Source: an uncultured Planctomycetales bacterium (GTDB taxonomy: Bacteria > Omnitrophota > Gorgyraeia > Gygaellales > Profunditerraquicolaceae). From it: a DNA stretch of 64,000 nt. The stretch spans positions 69,878 through 133,877 of the forward strand of contig CAZJFL010000001.1 of assembly GCA_964545575.1 (NCBI GenBank). Direction: 5' to 3'. Shown here one piece after another: positions 7,458 through 17,681 of this stretch (its first letter is position 1; each line of letters opens with the position of its first letter). The position numbers were made by a program, and so were the translations under genes. The notes beneath the pieces are model-generated. The model searched no databases. It saw only the letters and a list, made by a program, of their open reading frames with translations, and was not told the DNA's origin.

Positions 7458-8726
7458 CTATCCTATCCTCTCTTGGCCGTCAAGATATGCCTTTAAAACC
7501 TCAGGGACAATAACTGATCCGTCTTTCTGCTGATAATTTTCTAAGATAGCTACCAGGGTGCGCGCCAAAGCCACTCCGGAGCCGTTTAAAGTGTGCACAA
7601 AATCTAATTTTTTAGTATCTTTTCTTCTGAACTTTATATTTGCCCTGCGGGCCTGAAAACTTTCAAAATTACTGCAGCTGGAAACCTCCAGCCACTTATC
7701 TATTCCCGGGGCATAGGCCTCTAAATCATAACATTTGCTCGCGGCAAAACTTAAATCTTGCGTCGGCAAAACCGCTACCCTGTATGGAAGGCCAAGAAGT
7801 TGCAGTACCTCTTCGGCATCTGCGACCAGTTTTTCCAATTCGTCATATGAACTTTCCGGTTTCACAAACTTGACCAGTTCTACCTTATCAAACTGGTGCA
7901 CCCTGATCAGGCCTTTGGTGTCTTTGCCGTAGGAACCTGCTTCCCGGCGGAAGCAGGCGGTATAGGCGGTATAATAAACCGGCAACTTATCTTCATCCAG
8001 TATCTCATCGCGGAATATATTGGTTAGCGGGACTTCGGCGGTAGGAATAAGAAACAGATCATCATCTTTTAAGCGGTACATGTCTTCTTCCAGTTTCGGG
8101 AGCTGGCCGGTTCCGGTCATCGAGGCGCGGTTGACTAAAAACGGCGGGGATACCTCGGTGTAACCGTGTTTTTTGATATGTAAATCCAGCATAAAATTAA
8201 TCAGCGCCCGCTCCAGCCTGGCGCCCCAGCCTTTATAAAGTATGAAGTTTGAGCCGCTAATCTTTGCCGCCCGGTTAAAATCGATGATATCCAGATGCTG
8301 GCTGATTTCTATGTGGGTAGCCGGTTTAAAATCGATTCTTTTAGGTTCGCCCCAGGAACGCACTATTTCTTTCTTTGTCGGGTCTCCGACAGGAACAGAT
8401 GCGTGCGCTATATTCGGGATAACTAAAAGCAGCTCGGACAGCTGGATATCCAGCTTTTTGACTTCGTCTTCCAGCTTACCGATCTCCTGCGAAACCTTCT
8501 TCATGGAAAATATTTTATCCTTGGCGTCTTTCTTAGCCTTTAACAAAGCGCTGATCTCATCATTGGCTTTGTTTTGCCTGGCGCGGTAATCTTCTAATTC
8601 GGAAAGGCTCCTGCGGCGCAGATCGTCTAATTTAAGCAAGCTATCCAGGTCCAGCTTTAAATTGCGATTCTCCAAAGACTGCCTTACCAGATCCGCGTTT
8701 TCTCGGATAAACTTTAGGTCTAACAT
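7458..8726 (-). CDS. serS: Seryl-tRNA synthetase
   Basis: 422 aa with an N-terminal coiled-coil tRNA-binding arm and class II aaRS motifs (FRREAGS...[12 protein letters not shown]...[10 protein letters not shown]). It lies next to four tRNA-Ser genes. Confidence 0.95.
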   Translation of the reverse strand: MLDLKFIRENADLVRQSLENRNLKLDLDSLLKLDDLRRRSLSELEDYRARQNKANDEISALLKAKKDAKDKIFSMKKVSQEIGKLEDEVKKLDIQLSELLLVIPNIAHASVPVGDPTKKEIVRSWGEPKRIDFKPATHIEISQHLDIIDFNRAAKISGSNFILYKGWGARLERALINFMLDLHIKKHGYTEVSPPFLVNRASMTGTGQLPKLEEDMYRLKDDDLFLIPTAEVPLTNIFRDEILDEDKLPVYYTAYTACFRREAGSYGKDTKGLIRVHQFDKVELVKFVKPESSYDELEKLVADAEEVLQLLGLPYRVAVLPTQDLSFAASKCYDLEAYAPGIDKWLEVSSCSNFESFQARRANIKFRRKDTKKLDFVHTLNGSGVALARTLVAILENYQQKDGSVIVPEVLKAYLDGQERIG

Positions 8727-8752
8727 AGTTACCTCTCTTTAGCTGTCTTCTG

Positions 8753-10213
8753 CTATCCCTTAATAACGCACAATGGCCGCATACGACAGACGCGTTTGGA
8801 GATTCCTGCGCGATGCACCACATCTACTACGTCGTTAACATCCTTGTAGGCCTGGGGTGCTTCTTCTACGAGTGTTCCTCTACCTGAGGCCTTAACCATT
8901 ATACCCTTGGATTCCAATTCTTTCAATAAGGTAGCTTCATTTATCGACCTGCTTGCGGCGGTGCGGGATTTTAACCTGCCTGCGCCATGGCAGGTCGAAC
9001 CGAAAGTTTCTTCCATGGCTTTTTGGGTACCCACTAAGAGATAAGAATTTCTCCCCATATCTCCGGGTATAATCACCGGCTGGCCTATTTTTTTATACCT
9101 TTCAGGCAACGCCGGATGCCCCGGGCCAAAAGCGCGGGTGGCGCCTTTACGGTGGACGCAGAGCATTTTTTCTTTTCCTTCAATAGTATATTTTTCGATC
9201 TTGGCGATATTGTGCGCGACGTCGTAAATCAAGAACATCCCTAATTTCTGCCAAGAGATAGCGAATATTTTTTCAAAAACCTTACGGGTAAGATGCATTA
9301 AACACTGCCGGTTTGCCCAGGCATAGTTTGCCGCGCACTTCATCGCTCCCAGATACGCCTTACCTTCGGCAGAATTAACCGGTGCGCAGGCCAGCTGCCT
9401 GTCCGGGACATTGATCTGGTATTTCTCGAGGCAATGTACCATATCTCTGGTATAGTCCTCGCAAATCTGATAGCCCAATCCCCGTGAGCCGGAATGAATC
9501 ATCAGCGTAATCTGCCCAAGATTTAAACCTAATTCATCAGTTATATCCCTATCGTATAATTGATCGATGGCCTGCACTTCCAGGAAGTGATTCCCTGAAC
9601 CTAAGGTGCCGGACTGGGCCTTACCTCTTTCGTAAGCCCGCTGGGAGACCGTATCCGGATCAGCCCCCTGGATGGCGCCGTTCTCTTCAGTGCATTCCAG
9701 GTCATCTTCCGTGCCGTAGCCTTTTTCTACCGCCCACTTTGAACCTTTAAGTAAAATCTCCTTTTCTTCTCTGGCGCTTACCCTGATATCGCCTTTAGAG
9801 CCAACTCCTGCAGGAATATCATTAAATAAAGCGTAAACCAGGTCTTTTATTTTATCTTTTATATCTTCAAATTGAAGGTTGGTTTTAAGCATGCGCACGC
9901 CGCAATTTATGTCAAAACCGACCCCTCCGGGAGAAATTACGCCTCCGTTTTCGATATCGGTCGCCGCCACCCCTCCAATGGGAAAACCATAGCCCCAGTG
10001 GATATCGGGCATAGCCATTGATGCATTTACTATGCCGGGCAAAAACGCCACGTTAGCTACCTGCTCCGCTGCCTTATCCTGCCTGATATCTTTCAATAAT
10101 TTTTCATCGGCATAGATAATCCCGGGCACGCGCATCCCCCTTTTATAGCTTTTAGGTATCCGCCAGCGGAAATCGTCAATTTTCTCTAAAGGTACGGCCG
10201 GGTTTTCAGACAT
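8753..10213 (-). CDS. rtcB: RNA-splicing ligase RtcB (3'-phosphate/5'-OH RNA ligase)
   Basis: 486 aa matching the RtcB signature regions (MPDIHWGYGFPIGG, GFDINCGVRML, SGSRGLG, HNIAK, HRKGATRA). Confidence 0.95.
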   Translation of the reverse strand: MSENPAVPLEKIDDFRWRIPKSYKRGMRVPGIIYADEKLLKDIRQDKAAEQVANVAFLPGIVNASMAMPDIHWGYGFPIGGVAATDIENGGVISPGGVGFDINCGVRMLKTNLQFEDIKDKIKDLVYALFNDIPAGVGSKGDIRVSAREEKEILLKGSKWAVEKGYGTEDDLECTEENGAIQGADPDTVSQRAYERGKAQSGTLGSGNHFLEVQAIDQLYDRDITDELGLNLGQITLMIHSGSRGLGYQICEDYTRDMVHCLEKYQINVPDRQLACAPVNSAEGKAYLGAMKCAANYAWANRQCLMHLTRKVFEKIFAISWQKLGMFLIYDVAHNIAKIEKYTIEGKEKMLCVHRKGATRAFGPGHPALPERYKKIGQPVIIPGDMGRNSYLLVGTQKAMEETFGSTCHGAGRLKSRTAASRSINEATLLKELESKGIMVKASGRGTLVEEAPQAYKDVNDVVDVVHRAGISKRVCRMRPLCVIKG

Positions 10214-10622
10214 CCAAAATCACCTCTGCCTGCCAGCCGCCTGCCTTCTTTGCGATTTTTAATTGATGGTAAGTGGCGGCTTTTATCTCGGTGTTGACTT
10301 TATAGTTATTGATATTGCTTGCCACGGCAACTGCCTCCAGGCGCTTCTGGTTTATTTTTTTTATGCGTAAATCCTCAAAAATCAGGCCCTTAGCCGAAGA
10401 TAAAGATATTAATTCATTCAGCCAGTTAATCAGGAGCTCCTCTAGATTATCCGCTTCCTGGACTATCGCCAAATTATGCGGCTTTGTATTTTTAATTTTC
10501 TTTTTCTCTGCGATGATCTGGAATATGGCGAGGCCGGCGTTCCTGAACAGGTCTTTTAAAGAACCGCCTTTTACCCTGATGCCTATATCTGCGGTATGGT
10601 CGATAAGTTCGTATTTAACCAC
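10206..10622 (-). CDS. Archease (RtcB activator)
   Basis: 138 aa beginning MVKYELIDHTADIGIRVKG, the conserved archease N-terminal HTAD motif. It overlaps rtcB by 8 nt, consistent with an operon. Confidence 0.85.
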   Translation of the reverse strand: MVKYELIDHTADIGIRVKGGSLKDLFRNAGLAIFQIIAEKKKIKNTKPHNLAIVQEADNLEELLINWLNELISLSSAKGLIFEDLRIKKINQKRLEAVAVASNINNYKVNTEIKAATYHQLKIAKKAGGWQAEVILDV

Positions 10623-10637
10623 GCAGTTATAATTTTA

Positions 10638-10713
10638 TGGTGGGCCATGCGGGAGTCGAACCTGCGACCTTGACATTAAGAGTGTCCTGCTCTACCAATT
10701 GAGCTAATGGCCC
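10638..10713 (-). tRNA. tRNA-Lys(CUU)
   Basis: GGGCCATTAGCTCAATTGGTAGAGCAGGACACTCTTAATGTC...GGTTCGACTCCCGCATGGCCCACCA, with anticodon loop CUCUUAA. CCA is encoded. Confidence 0.8.
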
Positions 10714-10776
10714 GGATTTGATTTTAGATTTATTATTTTACCCTAAAACAGGATGCTTTGCAAGATAAGGATTTAG

Positions 10777-10850
10777 TGCGCCTGGCAGGAATTGAACCTG
10801 CAACGCCTAGCTCCGAAGGCTAGCGCTCTATCCAATTGAGCTACAGGCGC
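10777..10850 (-). tRNA. tRNA-Arg(UCG)
   Basis: GCGCCTGTAGCTCAATTGGATAGAGCGCTAGCCTTCGGAGCTAG...GGTTCAATTCCTGCCAGGCGCA. It shares its 5' half with tRNA-Arg(ACG) at 3346. Confidence 0.85.
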
Positions 10851-10851
10851 A

Positions 10852-11571
10852 TTACAGAATCTCGCACTTATCTCCGATGATTTCCTTGATTTTTTGAAGT
10901 TTACTCTTACCTACCGGCAAGATACCGGGTTCGCTGGTAGCGCGTACGGGGGAGTTCAACTGTACTTTATCCGGGTTTATTTTATCTATGGCTTCTTTTA
11001 ATTTTCTGATCTCGGGCAGGACGTCATTTACGCCTTTTACCAGCATCACCTCCAGCCAAATCTGGCCTGCAAACTCTTTTCTTAAGGCTATCAGGCCGTC
11101 TATGATATTCTTTATTTTTATGCCGCTTAAAGGCCGGTCTATTTTTTCAAATACTTCTTGAGTTGCTGCATCCAAAGAGGGGACTATTAAACCTGCACCT
11201 GATAATTCCTGCCTGACCCCGGGCGCCCCCAACAATGAAGAGTTAGTCAATACCGCTACGGGAAGAGAAGTAATTTTTTTTATCTCCGTAATTAACCTGC
11301 CTATCTTATCATGTAAAAGCGGCTCGCCCGAACCGGATAGGGTAACATAATTTAACCTGCTTGCTTCCGAAGGGTTGTTTAGAAGCCATAGCTTAAATTC
11401 AGCCAGGATCTCCTCGGGCGGAATATACTCTTTACGTTCGCCGGTCTTATCGCTGGTCTTGCCCAGCTGACAGTAAATACAGTCGAAATTGCAGGCCTTT
11501 GAGGGAGTGAGGGTCATCCCTAAAGAAAACCCCAGCCTCCGTGAATTTACCGGACCGTACAGGTATAGCAT
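10852..11571 (-). CDS. Radical SAM domain protein (COG0731/PflX-like Fe-S oxidoreductase)
   Basis: YGPVNSRRLGFSLGMTL...CNFDCIYCQLG is a CxxxCxxC motif in a characteristic N-terminal context. Exact function unknown. Confidence 0.7.
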   Translation of the reverse strand: MLYLYGPVNSRRLGFSLGMTLTPSKACNFDCIYCQLGKTSDKTGERKEYIPPEEILAEFKLWLLNNPSEASRLNYVTLSGSGEPLLHDKIGRLITEIKKITSLPVAVLTNSSLLGAPGVRQELSGAGLIVPSLDAATQEVFEKIDRPLSGIKIKNIIDGLIALRKEFAGQIWLEVMLVKGVNDVLPEIRKLKEAIDKINPDKVQLNSPVRATSEPGILPVGKSKLQKIKEIIGDKCEIL

Positions 11572-11644
11572 AGCTTATGACATAATAAACCCCCACCCTT
11601 GTAAAATTAGATTTAAAATCAATTCACAAAAGTGGGGGCAATAT

Positions 11645-11920
11645 CTATTTTACTTCTATCACGCAGTTTTGCGAACCAAAGGCGTTGGAAACGTAGCCCG
11701 AACAACGGGGGTCGTTAACCCAGCTGCCGTCAACAAAGAACTTATACTCATGCCTGCCGGGCCTCAAGCTTGTTTTTACTATCCAATTCCCGCGGGAATC
11801 TTTCTTAGCGGATAGATTCCTGGTGTCCCAGTTATTGAAACTGCCTGCCAGATACACTCTTTTAGCCTGCGGAGCATAAAGTTTAAACTCCGTTGCTTTT
11901 GCCTTCATTATACCTGCCAT
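11645..11920 (-). CDS. Glycogen-binding (CBM48 / AMPK beta-like) domain protein
   Basis: 91 aa: FKLYAPQAKRVYLAGSFNNWD...HEYKFFVDGSWVNDP, an early-set carbohydrate-binding motif. Confidence 0.6.
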   Translation of the reverse strand: MAGIMKAKATEFKLYAPQAKRVYLAGSFNNWDTRNLSAKKDSRGNWIVKTSLRPGRHEYKFFVDGSWVNDPRCSGYVSNAFGSQNCVIEVK

Positions 11921-11975
11921 ACCGGCCTCCTTTGTTCTATTTTCCCCTCTAAAACTTTATCTAAAACAGGGCTGA

Positions 11976-12407
11976 TTACCTGGTGGTCACCGCAGCAGCT
12001 GGTGCGGCATTGAAATACTTGCTCAACAAGCTCCAGGTCTTACGGCCTACTTTCCCATCGGCTTTCAGGTCGCTGGCCTTCTGGAACTCTTCGATTGCCT
12101 TCTTGGTCTTAGGGCCCATTTTTCCGTCAAGCGAACCTTTATAATAACCGGCATTTTTTAAAGCGGTCTGTATCTCTTTAATCGTAGGGGTAATAGGCGC
12201 TACTTTTGGTTCGGCTACCACGGCCGGTTGCACTACCTGGGGCTTAACCGGTTCAGGAGTTGCCGCGGTCATATTAACATTCAGCGCATTCATCGCCTCA
12301 ATAGACATGGCTTCCTGGGCCTCTTGGGGCGTAACGTTCTTCTTGCCGCAACCTAACATATAAACGCTAAACAGAACCGCTAAAATTATAAATACATATT
12401 TTCTCAT
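11976..12407 (-). CDS. Lipoprotein with peptidoglycan-binding (PG_binding_1) domain
   Basis: The true start is MRKYVFIILAVLFSVYMLGC (lipobox LGC), with an SD AAGAGGAAG upstream. The C-terminal part carries GPKTKKAIEEFQKASDLKADGKVGRKTW. Confidence 0.65.
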   Translation of the reverse strand: MRKYVFIILAVLFSVYMLGCGKKNVTPQEAQEAMSIEAMNALNVNMTAATPEPVKPQVVQPAVVAEPKVAPITPTIKEIQTALKNAGYYKGSLDGKMGPKTKKAIEEFQKASDLKADGKVGRKTWSLLSKYFNAAPAAAVTTR

Positions 12408-12571
12408 CTTCCTCTTCCTTTCTTTTAAGTATAAAATAATTTTATTTTTTAGCCCGTCTCTTTTATTATCCTTATCTTCACCTCCTAAAAAGGCGCACAA
12501 AGAGAACCTTAACTATGGTAAAGCTTATTTTAATACTAATTTAGGAAAAAGCAACAAAACATTTAAACTGA

Positions 12572-13051
12572 TCATTTAGCATGCATAGAGATTATCTTTA
12601 AAACCTCTTTTCCGTCCTTTGCTTTCTTCAGTTTCTCGACGATAAACTTATCTTTTACCAGGCGGGATATCTCGGCCAATATCTTAAGGTGACCGCCCAC
12701 CTCCTCTTCCGGAGAGGCAAGGGCGAAAAATAGGTGCGTTTTTTCTCCGTCCAATGCCCCAAAGTCTATGCCGCCTTCGGCCCTGGCAAAAACCAGGATA
12801 AAACCGCCCACTGCTTTTGATTTGGCGTGAGGTATGGCGACACCCCCGCCGATACCGGTAGAACCGAGGCGCTCGCGTTCCATGACGGTTTTAAAAAAAG
12901 TCTTTTTATTTTTTAACTTTTTGGAGGTGGCGATAAGCTCGACTAAATTATAGATGATTTCATGCTTATCTTTCCCCTCTAACTCCAAATCAATAAACTT
13001 CTCTTTGAGTAAATCGGTTAACATTATATCTTTCTGTTTTCTGCCGCCCAT
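12572..13051 (-). CDS. ptsN: PTS EIIA(Ntr)-type protein (nitrogen regulatory IIA)
   Basis: 159 aa containing GIGGGVAIPHAKS with the phosphorylatable His, the PTS_EIIA_2 fold. Confidence 0.75.
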   Translation of the reverse strand: MGGRKQKDIMLTDLLKEKFIDLELEGKDKHEIIYNLVELIATSKKLKNKKTFFKTVMERERLGSTGIGGGVAIPHAKSKAVGGFILVFARAEGGIDFGALDGEKTHLFFALASPEEEVGGHLKILAEISRLVKDKFIVEKLKKAKDGKEVLKIISMHAK

Positions 13052-13066
13052 TTTATTAAATCCCTC

Positions 13067-14263
13067 CTAGATATTCCTTATCTCTGGATACAATATATTG
13101 ATTACCAAAAAAGAAACCGCGCAGATTGATCCGCTTAGAGTAACGGTGAAAGTTACTCCCCAGCCTTGCGATAAAACACCGGCGAGAAGATTGCCGAAAG
13201 GCATAGCTCCGGCAAAGGTAAACATATACGCGCTCATTACCCGGCCCCTGAAATTATCCGGTACCAGCTCCTGTAACGAAATATTAATCAGGCTGGTCGC
13301 CGTAACCGAAGACCAGCCTATTAACGCCAGGGCAAGAAGCGAAGAAAAATAAACTTTCGATAAAGCAAAAAGTACCAGCGAAATAGAAAATACGGCCAAA
13401 GAAAAAGCCAGGAATCTTCCTTTATTTTCAAGCTTACTGAAACGTGCCAGAGACAACGCTGCCACTAAAGCGCCTAATCCCGCCGCCGACATCAGCGCCC
13501 CCAGGCCCCTGGCTCCGACTCTAAGTATATCGTTAGCAAATATCGGCATCAGTATAACGTAGGAGATACCGAATAAACTGGTAATACCGACGGTAGTAAT
13601 CAATAAAAGGATGATGCGGTGATTCCTGATAAAGCGCAAACCCTCCAGCAGATCTTTGCTAAAGGCAGCTTTACTCTCTTTTTTAAATCCGGGAGTGATT
13701 TTAATAAAGGTAAGCGCTGCGATTACGGCGAGAAAACTTATTCCGTTTATATAGAAACAACCGCTCATACCGATAATAGCAATCAATACACCCGCCAGCG
13801 CCGGGCCGATGAGGCGGCTGGAATTAAAAGCTGCGGAGTTTAAGGCAACGGCATTAAGGAGATGCTCTCTACCGACCAATTCCGCCACTATCGCCTGCCT
13901 CGCCGGGCCATCAAAAGCCATCACTGTACCGTTTAATAACGCAATAAACATAACCTGCCAGGGGGTAATCAGCTTTAGTTGTGTCAGGACCGCTAAAATA
14001 AAAGCCAGCGCCATAAAAGCGTTTTGCGTAAATAAAAGGATGGACCTCTTATTAATCCTGTCGGCAGCCACTCCGCCGAATAAGGATAAAAGAAACATCG
14101 GTATCGAACCCAGGAATCCTGCCAGCCCCAGGAGAAATGCAGACTTGGTCAAATCGAACATCAGCCAGCTCTGGGCTACGATCTGGATCCAGCTACCGAC
14201 GAGCGAAACGAGCATCCCTACCCAGTAAATCCGGAAATTTCTTATTTTTAAAGAAGAGAACAT
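13067..14263 (-). CDS. MFS transporter
   Basis: 398 aa with about 12 TM helices and the MFS signature GxxADRxxKR (GGVAADRINKR). Confidence 0.8.
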   Translation of the reverse strand: MFSSLKIRNFRIYWVGMLVSLVGSWIQIVAQSWLMFDLTKSAFLLGLAGFLGSIPMFLLSLFGGVAADRINKRSILLFTQNAFMALAFILAVLTQLKLITPWQVMFIALLNGTVMAFDGPARQAIVAELVGREHLLNAVALNSAAFNSSRLIGPALAGVLIAIIGMSGCFYINGISFLAVIAALTFIKITPGFKKESKAAFSKDLLEGLRFIRNHRIILLLITTVGITSLFGISYVILMPIFANDILRVGARGLGALMSAAGLGALVAALSLARFSKLENKGRFLAFSLAVFSISLVLFALSKVYFSSLLALALIGWSSVTATSLINISLQELVPDNFRGRVMSAYMFTFAGAMPFGNLLAGVLSQGWGVTFTVTLSGSICAVSFLVINILYPEIRNI

Positions 14264-14264
14264 C

Positions 14265-14741
14265 TCAAATCGCGGTTGATAAAATATTTTTATCGATAAA
14301 TGCGCTGATTTTTCCGGCGATTTCTTCTTTCTTTTTTTCTAATGCCCCGCTTAAGCCCTCGCCAAAAGAAGTATCCCCGACCTGTATGCCGGCTACATAG
14401 ATCCTGGCCTTCAGGTTAAAATTTTTAGAAAACTCAAAAATATCTTTCAGGCTAAGCTCATGGGTGGACATGGCCGGGTTTTTAAGATTATACTCTGCAT
14501 CTTTTAATTCAAATATCTTAAGTTCGCCGGGGGATAAACCTGCGTTTACGCCGTCGATAAGAAGGACGCTATCATAATCCTGCATCCGATGCGCCAGATC
14601 AAAGCTGGCTATCCCGAAATCAAGATAAGCTACTCCTTCTCTCTGATAAAATTTAAGGAGAGATTCTAGAATTATTATTCCGATTCCGTCGTCTCTCCTT
14701 AAGGTATTACCTATGCCGATGATAGCTACTTTTTTAGACAA
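14265..14741 (-). CDS. Hydrogenase maturation endopeptidase (HycI/HyaD family)
   Basis: MSKKVAIIGIGNTLRRDDGIGI is the N-terminal signature of this family. It lies immediately downstream of the hydrogenase large subunit. Confidence 0.8.
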   Translation of the reverse strand: MSKKVAIIGIGNTLRRDDGIGIIILESLLKFYQREGVAYLDFGIASFDLAHRMQDYDSVLLIDGVNAGLSPGELKIFELKDAEYNLKNPAMSTHELSLKDIFEFSKNFNLKARIYVAGIQVGDTSFGEGLSGALEKKKEEIAGKISAFIDKNILSTAI

Positions 14742-16086
14742 ATTTTACATCCAATATGTGGGTGGCGCAGGATATGCAGGGGTCATAGGCCCTGGCAAGC
14801 ATCTCTAAATCGAGGGTAATCTCCTCTTTAGTCTTTTTACCGAGTAGTTCGGGAACGATTTTACGCATATCTGCCTCTAGATTCCCCATATTTTGATTTG
14901 TAGGTATCGCACAATTTGCCTTGGTAATATGCCCTGTCTCGTCTATGGAATACTCATGAAACAAGCTGCCCCGCGGGACTTCCACGCAACCGATCCCTGC
15001 GCCAGGCGCATATTTAATTTTATTCATTTCACTTCTTTTCGGCCAGGAGGAAACCACCACTTTGTCTGTATTGAGGCCGTCTTTTAGGATCTTCTCCATT
15101 ATTTTAATCGACTCCTCCAGGCAATGCACCCATTCTACCAGCTGGGCCACGGTATTAAGGTAAGGATTGTGGCACGGCGCATTAAGCCCCAGTTCCTTAG
15201 CCACTGACTTTGCTTGCTTATTGAGCTGGGCGGAATTATTATTAAACCTGGAAAGCGCGCCCACGGCATAAGGCTTGCCGTTGATAGCGGCTATTTTTGC
15301 CCGCGAATAATCTACCACTGTCTCGGTAAAAAGCTTTTTATAATCACTGACTTTTGTTTTTTGCCCGCCGCTTACTACCAGGTCTCCCTCATACATCGCA
15401 TATTCATCATCGCAAGACAACGACATATACTGCGTCGGCCTCTGGAACTCCGGGAACTTAAGTCTCTTAAATATTTTGACCGTTTCTTCCCCGTCTTTAC
15501 GCGCTGCCAGCATCAATTTATATAATTCTTCCAACCCGTCCTTCGACGGCAGCTGCGTCAGCCCTCCGATAACATAGCTGATAGGATGGATATGGCGTCC
15601 GGCAAGGACCTCTCCGGCATAATCGCTCATTTTTTTCATCCGTAAGGCCATCTCAATCACCGGACGGTGCGTTTTAACTAAGGGCATAATGCTTTTTACG
15701 CCTAGTAGATCGGGTGCGACCAGGATATAAATATGCAGGATGTGGCTATCCATCTGCTCGGTATACAAAAGCAGTTTGCGTAGCATCACCGTTTCGCTGG
15801 AAGGCGCTACACCCAGAGCATCTTCGCCGGCTTTGATGCTGGCTAAACTGTGTCCGCAGGCGCAGATGCCGCAGATACGGCTGGTCAGATGCTGGGCTTC
15901 CCAGATTGACCGGCCCACCAGCATAGATTCAAAGAAACGCGGGGATTCGATGACCTGAAATTCGCATTTAGTGAGCTTCCCTTCTTTTACATCCACCACT
16001 ATATTACCGTGCCCTTCCACCCTGGTCAGGTAACGGACGTCTACTTTGACATTCTTGGAATCTATTTTATTTGAACTCCTGGCCAT
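14734..16086 (-). CDS. hydA: [NiFe]-hydrogenase large subunit, group 3b (sulfhydrogenase alpha)
   Basis: N-terminal RICGICxxxH and C-terminal DPCISCATH Ni-Fe ligand motifs. About 450 aa. Confidence 0.9.
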   Translation of the reverse strand: MARSSNKIDSKNVKVDVRYLTRVEGHGNIVVDVKEGKLTKCEFQVIESPRFFESMLVGRSIWEAQHLTSRICGICACGHSLASIKAGEDALGVAPSSETVMLRKLLLYTEQMDSHILHIYILVAPDLLGVKSIMPLVKTHRPVIEMALRMKKMSDYAGEVLAGRHIHPISYVIGGLTQLPSKDGLEELYKLMLAARKDGEETVKIFKRLKFPEFQRPTQYMSLSCDDEYAMYEGDLVVSGGQKTKVSDYKKLFTETVVDYSRAKIAAINGKPYAVGALSRFNNNSAQLNKQAKSVAKELGLNAPCHNPYLNTVAQLVEWVHCLEESIKIMEKILKDGLNTDKVVVSSWPKRSEMNKIKYAPGAGIGCVEVPRGSLFHEYSIDETGHITKANCAIPTNQNMGNLEADMRKIVPELLGKKTKEEITLDLEMLARAYDPCISCATHILDVKFV

Positions 16087-16831
16087 ACTTTTCTCCCAGC
16101 GAATCGTTGTAGAGAGTAAAATTTTGCAGTATCTCTTCCAATTTCAGGCCGTATTTTACTAAAATATCCTTGGCTGCATCTACAGCCGGATTTTCCACCA
16201 ACCCCCGGCAGCCATAACACCTGTTCCCGTTATTCACGCACCAGGAATTACACCCGGCCCTGGTTACCGGGCCCATACATTCCTGGTCTTTTTCGTAGCG
16301 GCAGACATTTTCGTTCATCTTGCATTCCTGACAGACCGCATAATTAGGCACTACGTAAGGCTTGCCCATCAAAATACATTTAATCACAGTAATGACCTCC
16401 GGTATATATACCGGACAGCCGTGGATAAAATAATCTACTTTAACTATTCTGTGCACCGGCATCGCCACAATAGTATTTATTGTATCTTGCCTGGGGCCAT
16501 AGACTCTTTGTTTCGCCACATCTAAAGAGGTGCGATTTTTAACTCCGTTTACCCCGCCGATTGTAGCGCAAGAGCCAAGGGCAACCATTATCTTTGCCTT
16601 TTCCCTGATTTTCTTTATCCGCATTACGTCATGATCGGTAGTAATGGCCCCCTCGATAAAGGCTATATCATAGTCCTCGCCCGCTTCAGACATGATCTCT
16701 CGGAAACTTACGATATCTACGAGCTTGGCAATCTCAAGCAGGGTCAAACCCATATTCGCAAACTGCAGCTGGCAGCCCTCGCAATCCGTGAAATCAAAAA
16801 AAGCGACCTTTGGTTTAGGCTGCTTTTTCAT
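16067..16831 (-). CDS. hydD: [NiFe]-hydrogenase small subunit, group 3 (delta)
   Basis: VAFFDFTDCEGCQLQ proximal-cluster motif plus additional Cys clusters. Confidence 0.85.
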   Translation of the reverse strand: MKKQPKPKVAFFDFTDCEGCQLQFANMGLTLLEIAKLVDIVSFREIMSEAGEDYDIAFIEGAITTDHDVMRIKKIREKAKIMVALGSCATIGGVNGVKNRTSLDVAKQRVYGPRQDTINTIVAMPVHRIVKVDYFIHGCPVYIPEVITVIKCILMGKPYVVPNYAVCQECKMNENVCRYEKDQECMGPVTRAGCNSWCVNNGNRCYGCRGLVENPAVDAAKDILVKYGLKLEEILQNFTLYNDSLGEKYGQEFK

Positions 16832-17681
16832 GGCATTCTCCTTTAAAATTCTTTAACTGGCTGTAGTCAAATACCGGCCCGGACTGGCAAATATAAAGTC
16901 CTTCAACCTGACAATGGCCGCATTTACCTAAACCACAGCGCATCCTTCTTTCCAGCGACACAATGATCTGGTGCTCGGGAATATTTTTATTCAGTAACTC
17001 GCGAATAACAAATCTATACATTATCGGAGGGCCGACCACTACCCCGTAAGTCCTAGCCGGAAAAATATCTACGCCCGGGATTAAGGTGGTAATCAGCCCG
17101 ACGTTGCCCTTCCATTCAGGATCAGCCTTATCTACGGTGCAGTTTAATTTGATTTCCGCCCGTTTCATCCATTCCTTGGTTTCTTCCTGAAATAAAAATT
17201 CCTTAGGCGTTTTGCAACCGATGAGTATTTGCACGTGGCCAAAATCATTTTTATTATAGGTGACATATCTGATCAGCGAGCGTAGCGGCACTATCCCCAG
17301 GCCCCCGGCAACGATAACCAGATCATAGCCGAACATCCGGTCTACGGGGAAACCTTTGCCAAACGGCCCGCGGATGCCGACGATGTCGCCCCGGCCTAAC
17401 TTATGCAATTTATCGGTGAAAACTCCCACATTCCTTACCGTAAGGTCAAAATAACCTTTGTCCGTAGGCGAAGAACAGATAGATATCGGGGCTTCTGCGT
17501 AGCCGAATATGGAGACCATCACAAACTGCCCCGGCTCATGGCCAAGATTGATTTTTCCTTCCAGTTCAATGCGGAAGAACTTTTCTTTCTCGGTAAGCAT
17601 CCTTGACTCCATGATCTTGCCTCTCATCGGCTTATAAGGAGAGGTCTTCATTTTTTCCAGGAGTATTTCTCGGTCAATCAT
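16815..17681 (-). CDS. hydG: Hydrogenase gamma subunit (FAD/NAD(P)-binding oxidoreductase, 2Fe-2S)
   Basis: Ferredoxin-NADP reductase-like fold with a C-terminal CGxGxCGxC (CGLGKCGHCQ). Confidence 0.85.
   Translation of the reverse strand: MIDREILLEKMKTSPYKPMRGKIMESRMLTEKEKFFRIELEGKINLGHEPGQFVMVSIFGYAEAPISICSSPTDKGYFDLTVRNVGVFTDKLHKLGRGDIVGIRGPFGKGFPVDRMFGYDLVIVAGGLGIVPLRSLIRYVTYNKNDFGHVQILIGCKTPKEFLFQEETKEWMKRAEIKLNCTVDKADPEWKGNVGLITTLIPGVDIFPARTYGVVVGPPIMYRFVIRELLNKNIPEHQIIVSLERRMRCGLGKCGHCQVEGLYICQSGPVFDYSQLKNFKGECHEKAA

Noticed and set aside
10623-10851. Possible integrative-element att site at the tRNA-Lys/tRNA-Arg pair
   Set aside because: There is no integrase, no direct repeat of the tRNA 3' ends, and the flanking genes (archease, radical SAM) are not phage-like.
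12408-12500. Longer N-terminus (MCAFLGGEDK...) for the PG-binding lipoprotein
   Set aside because: The internal Met, followed by a canonical lipoprotein signal and preceded by an SD, is the more plausible start.
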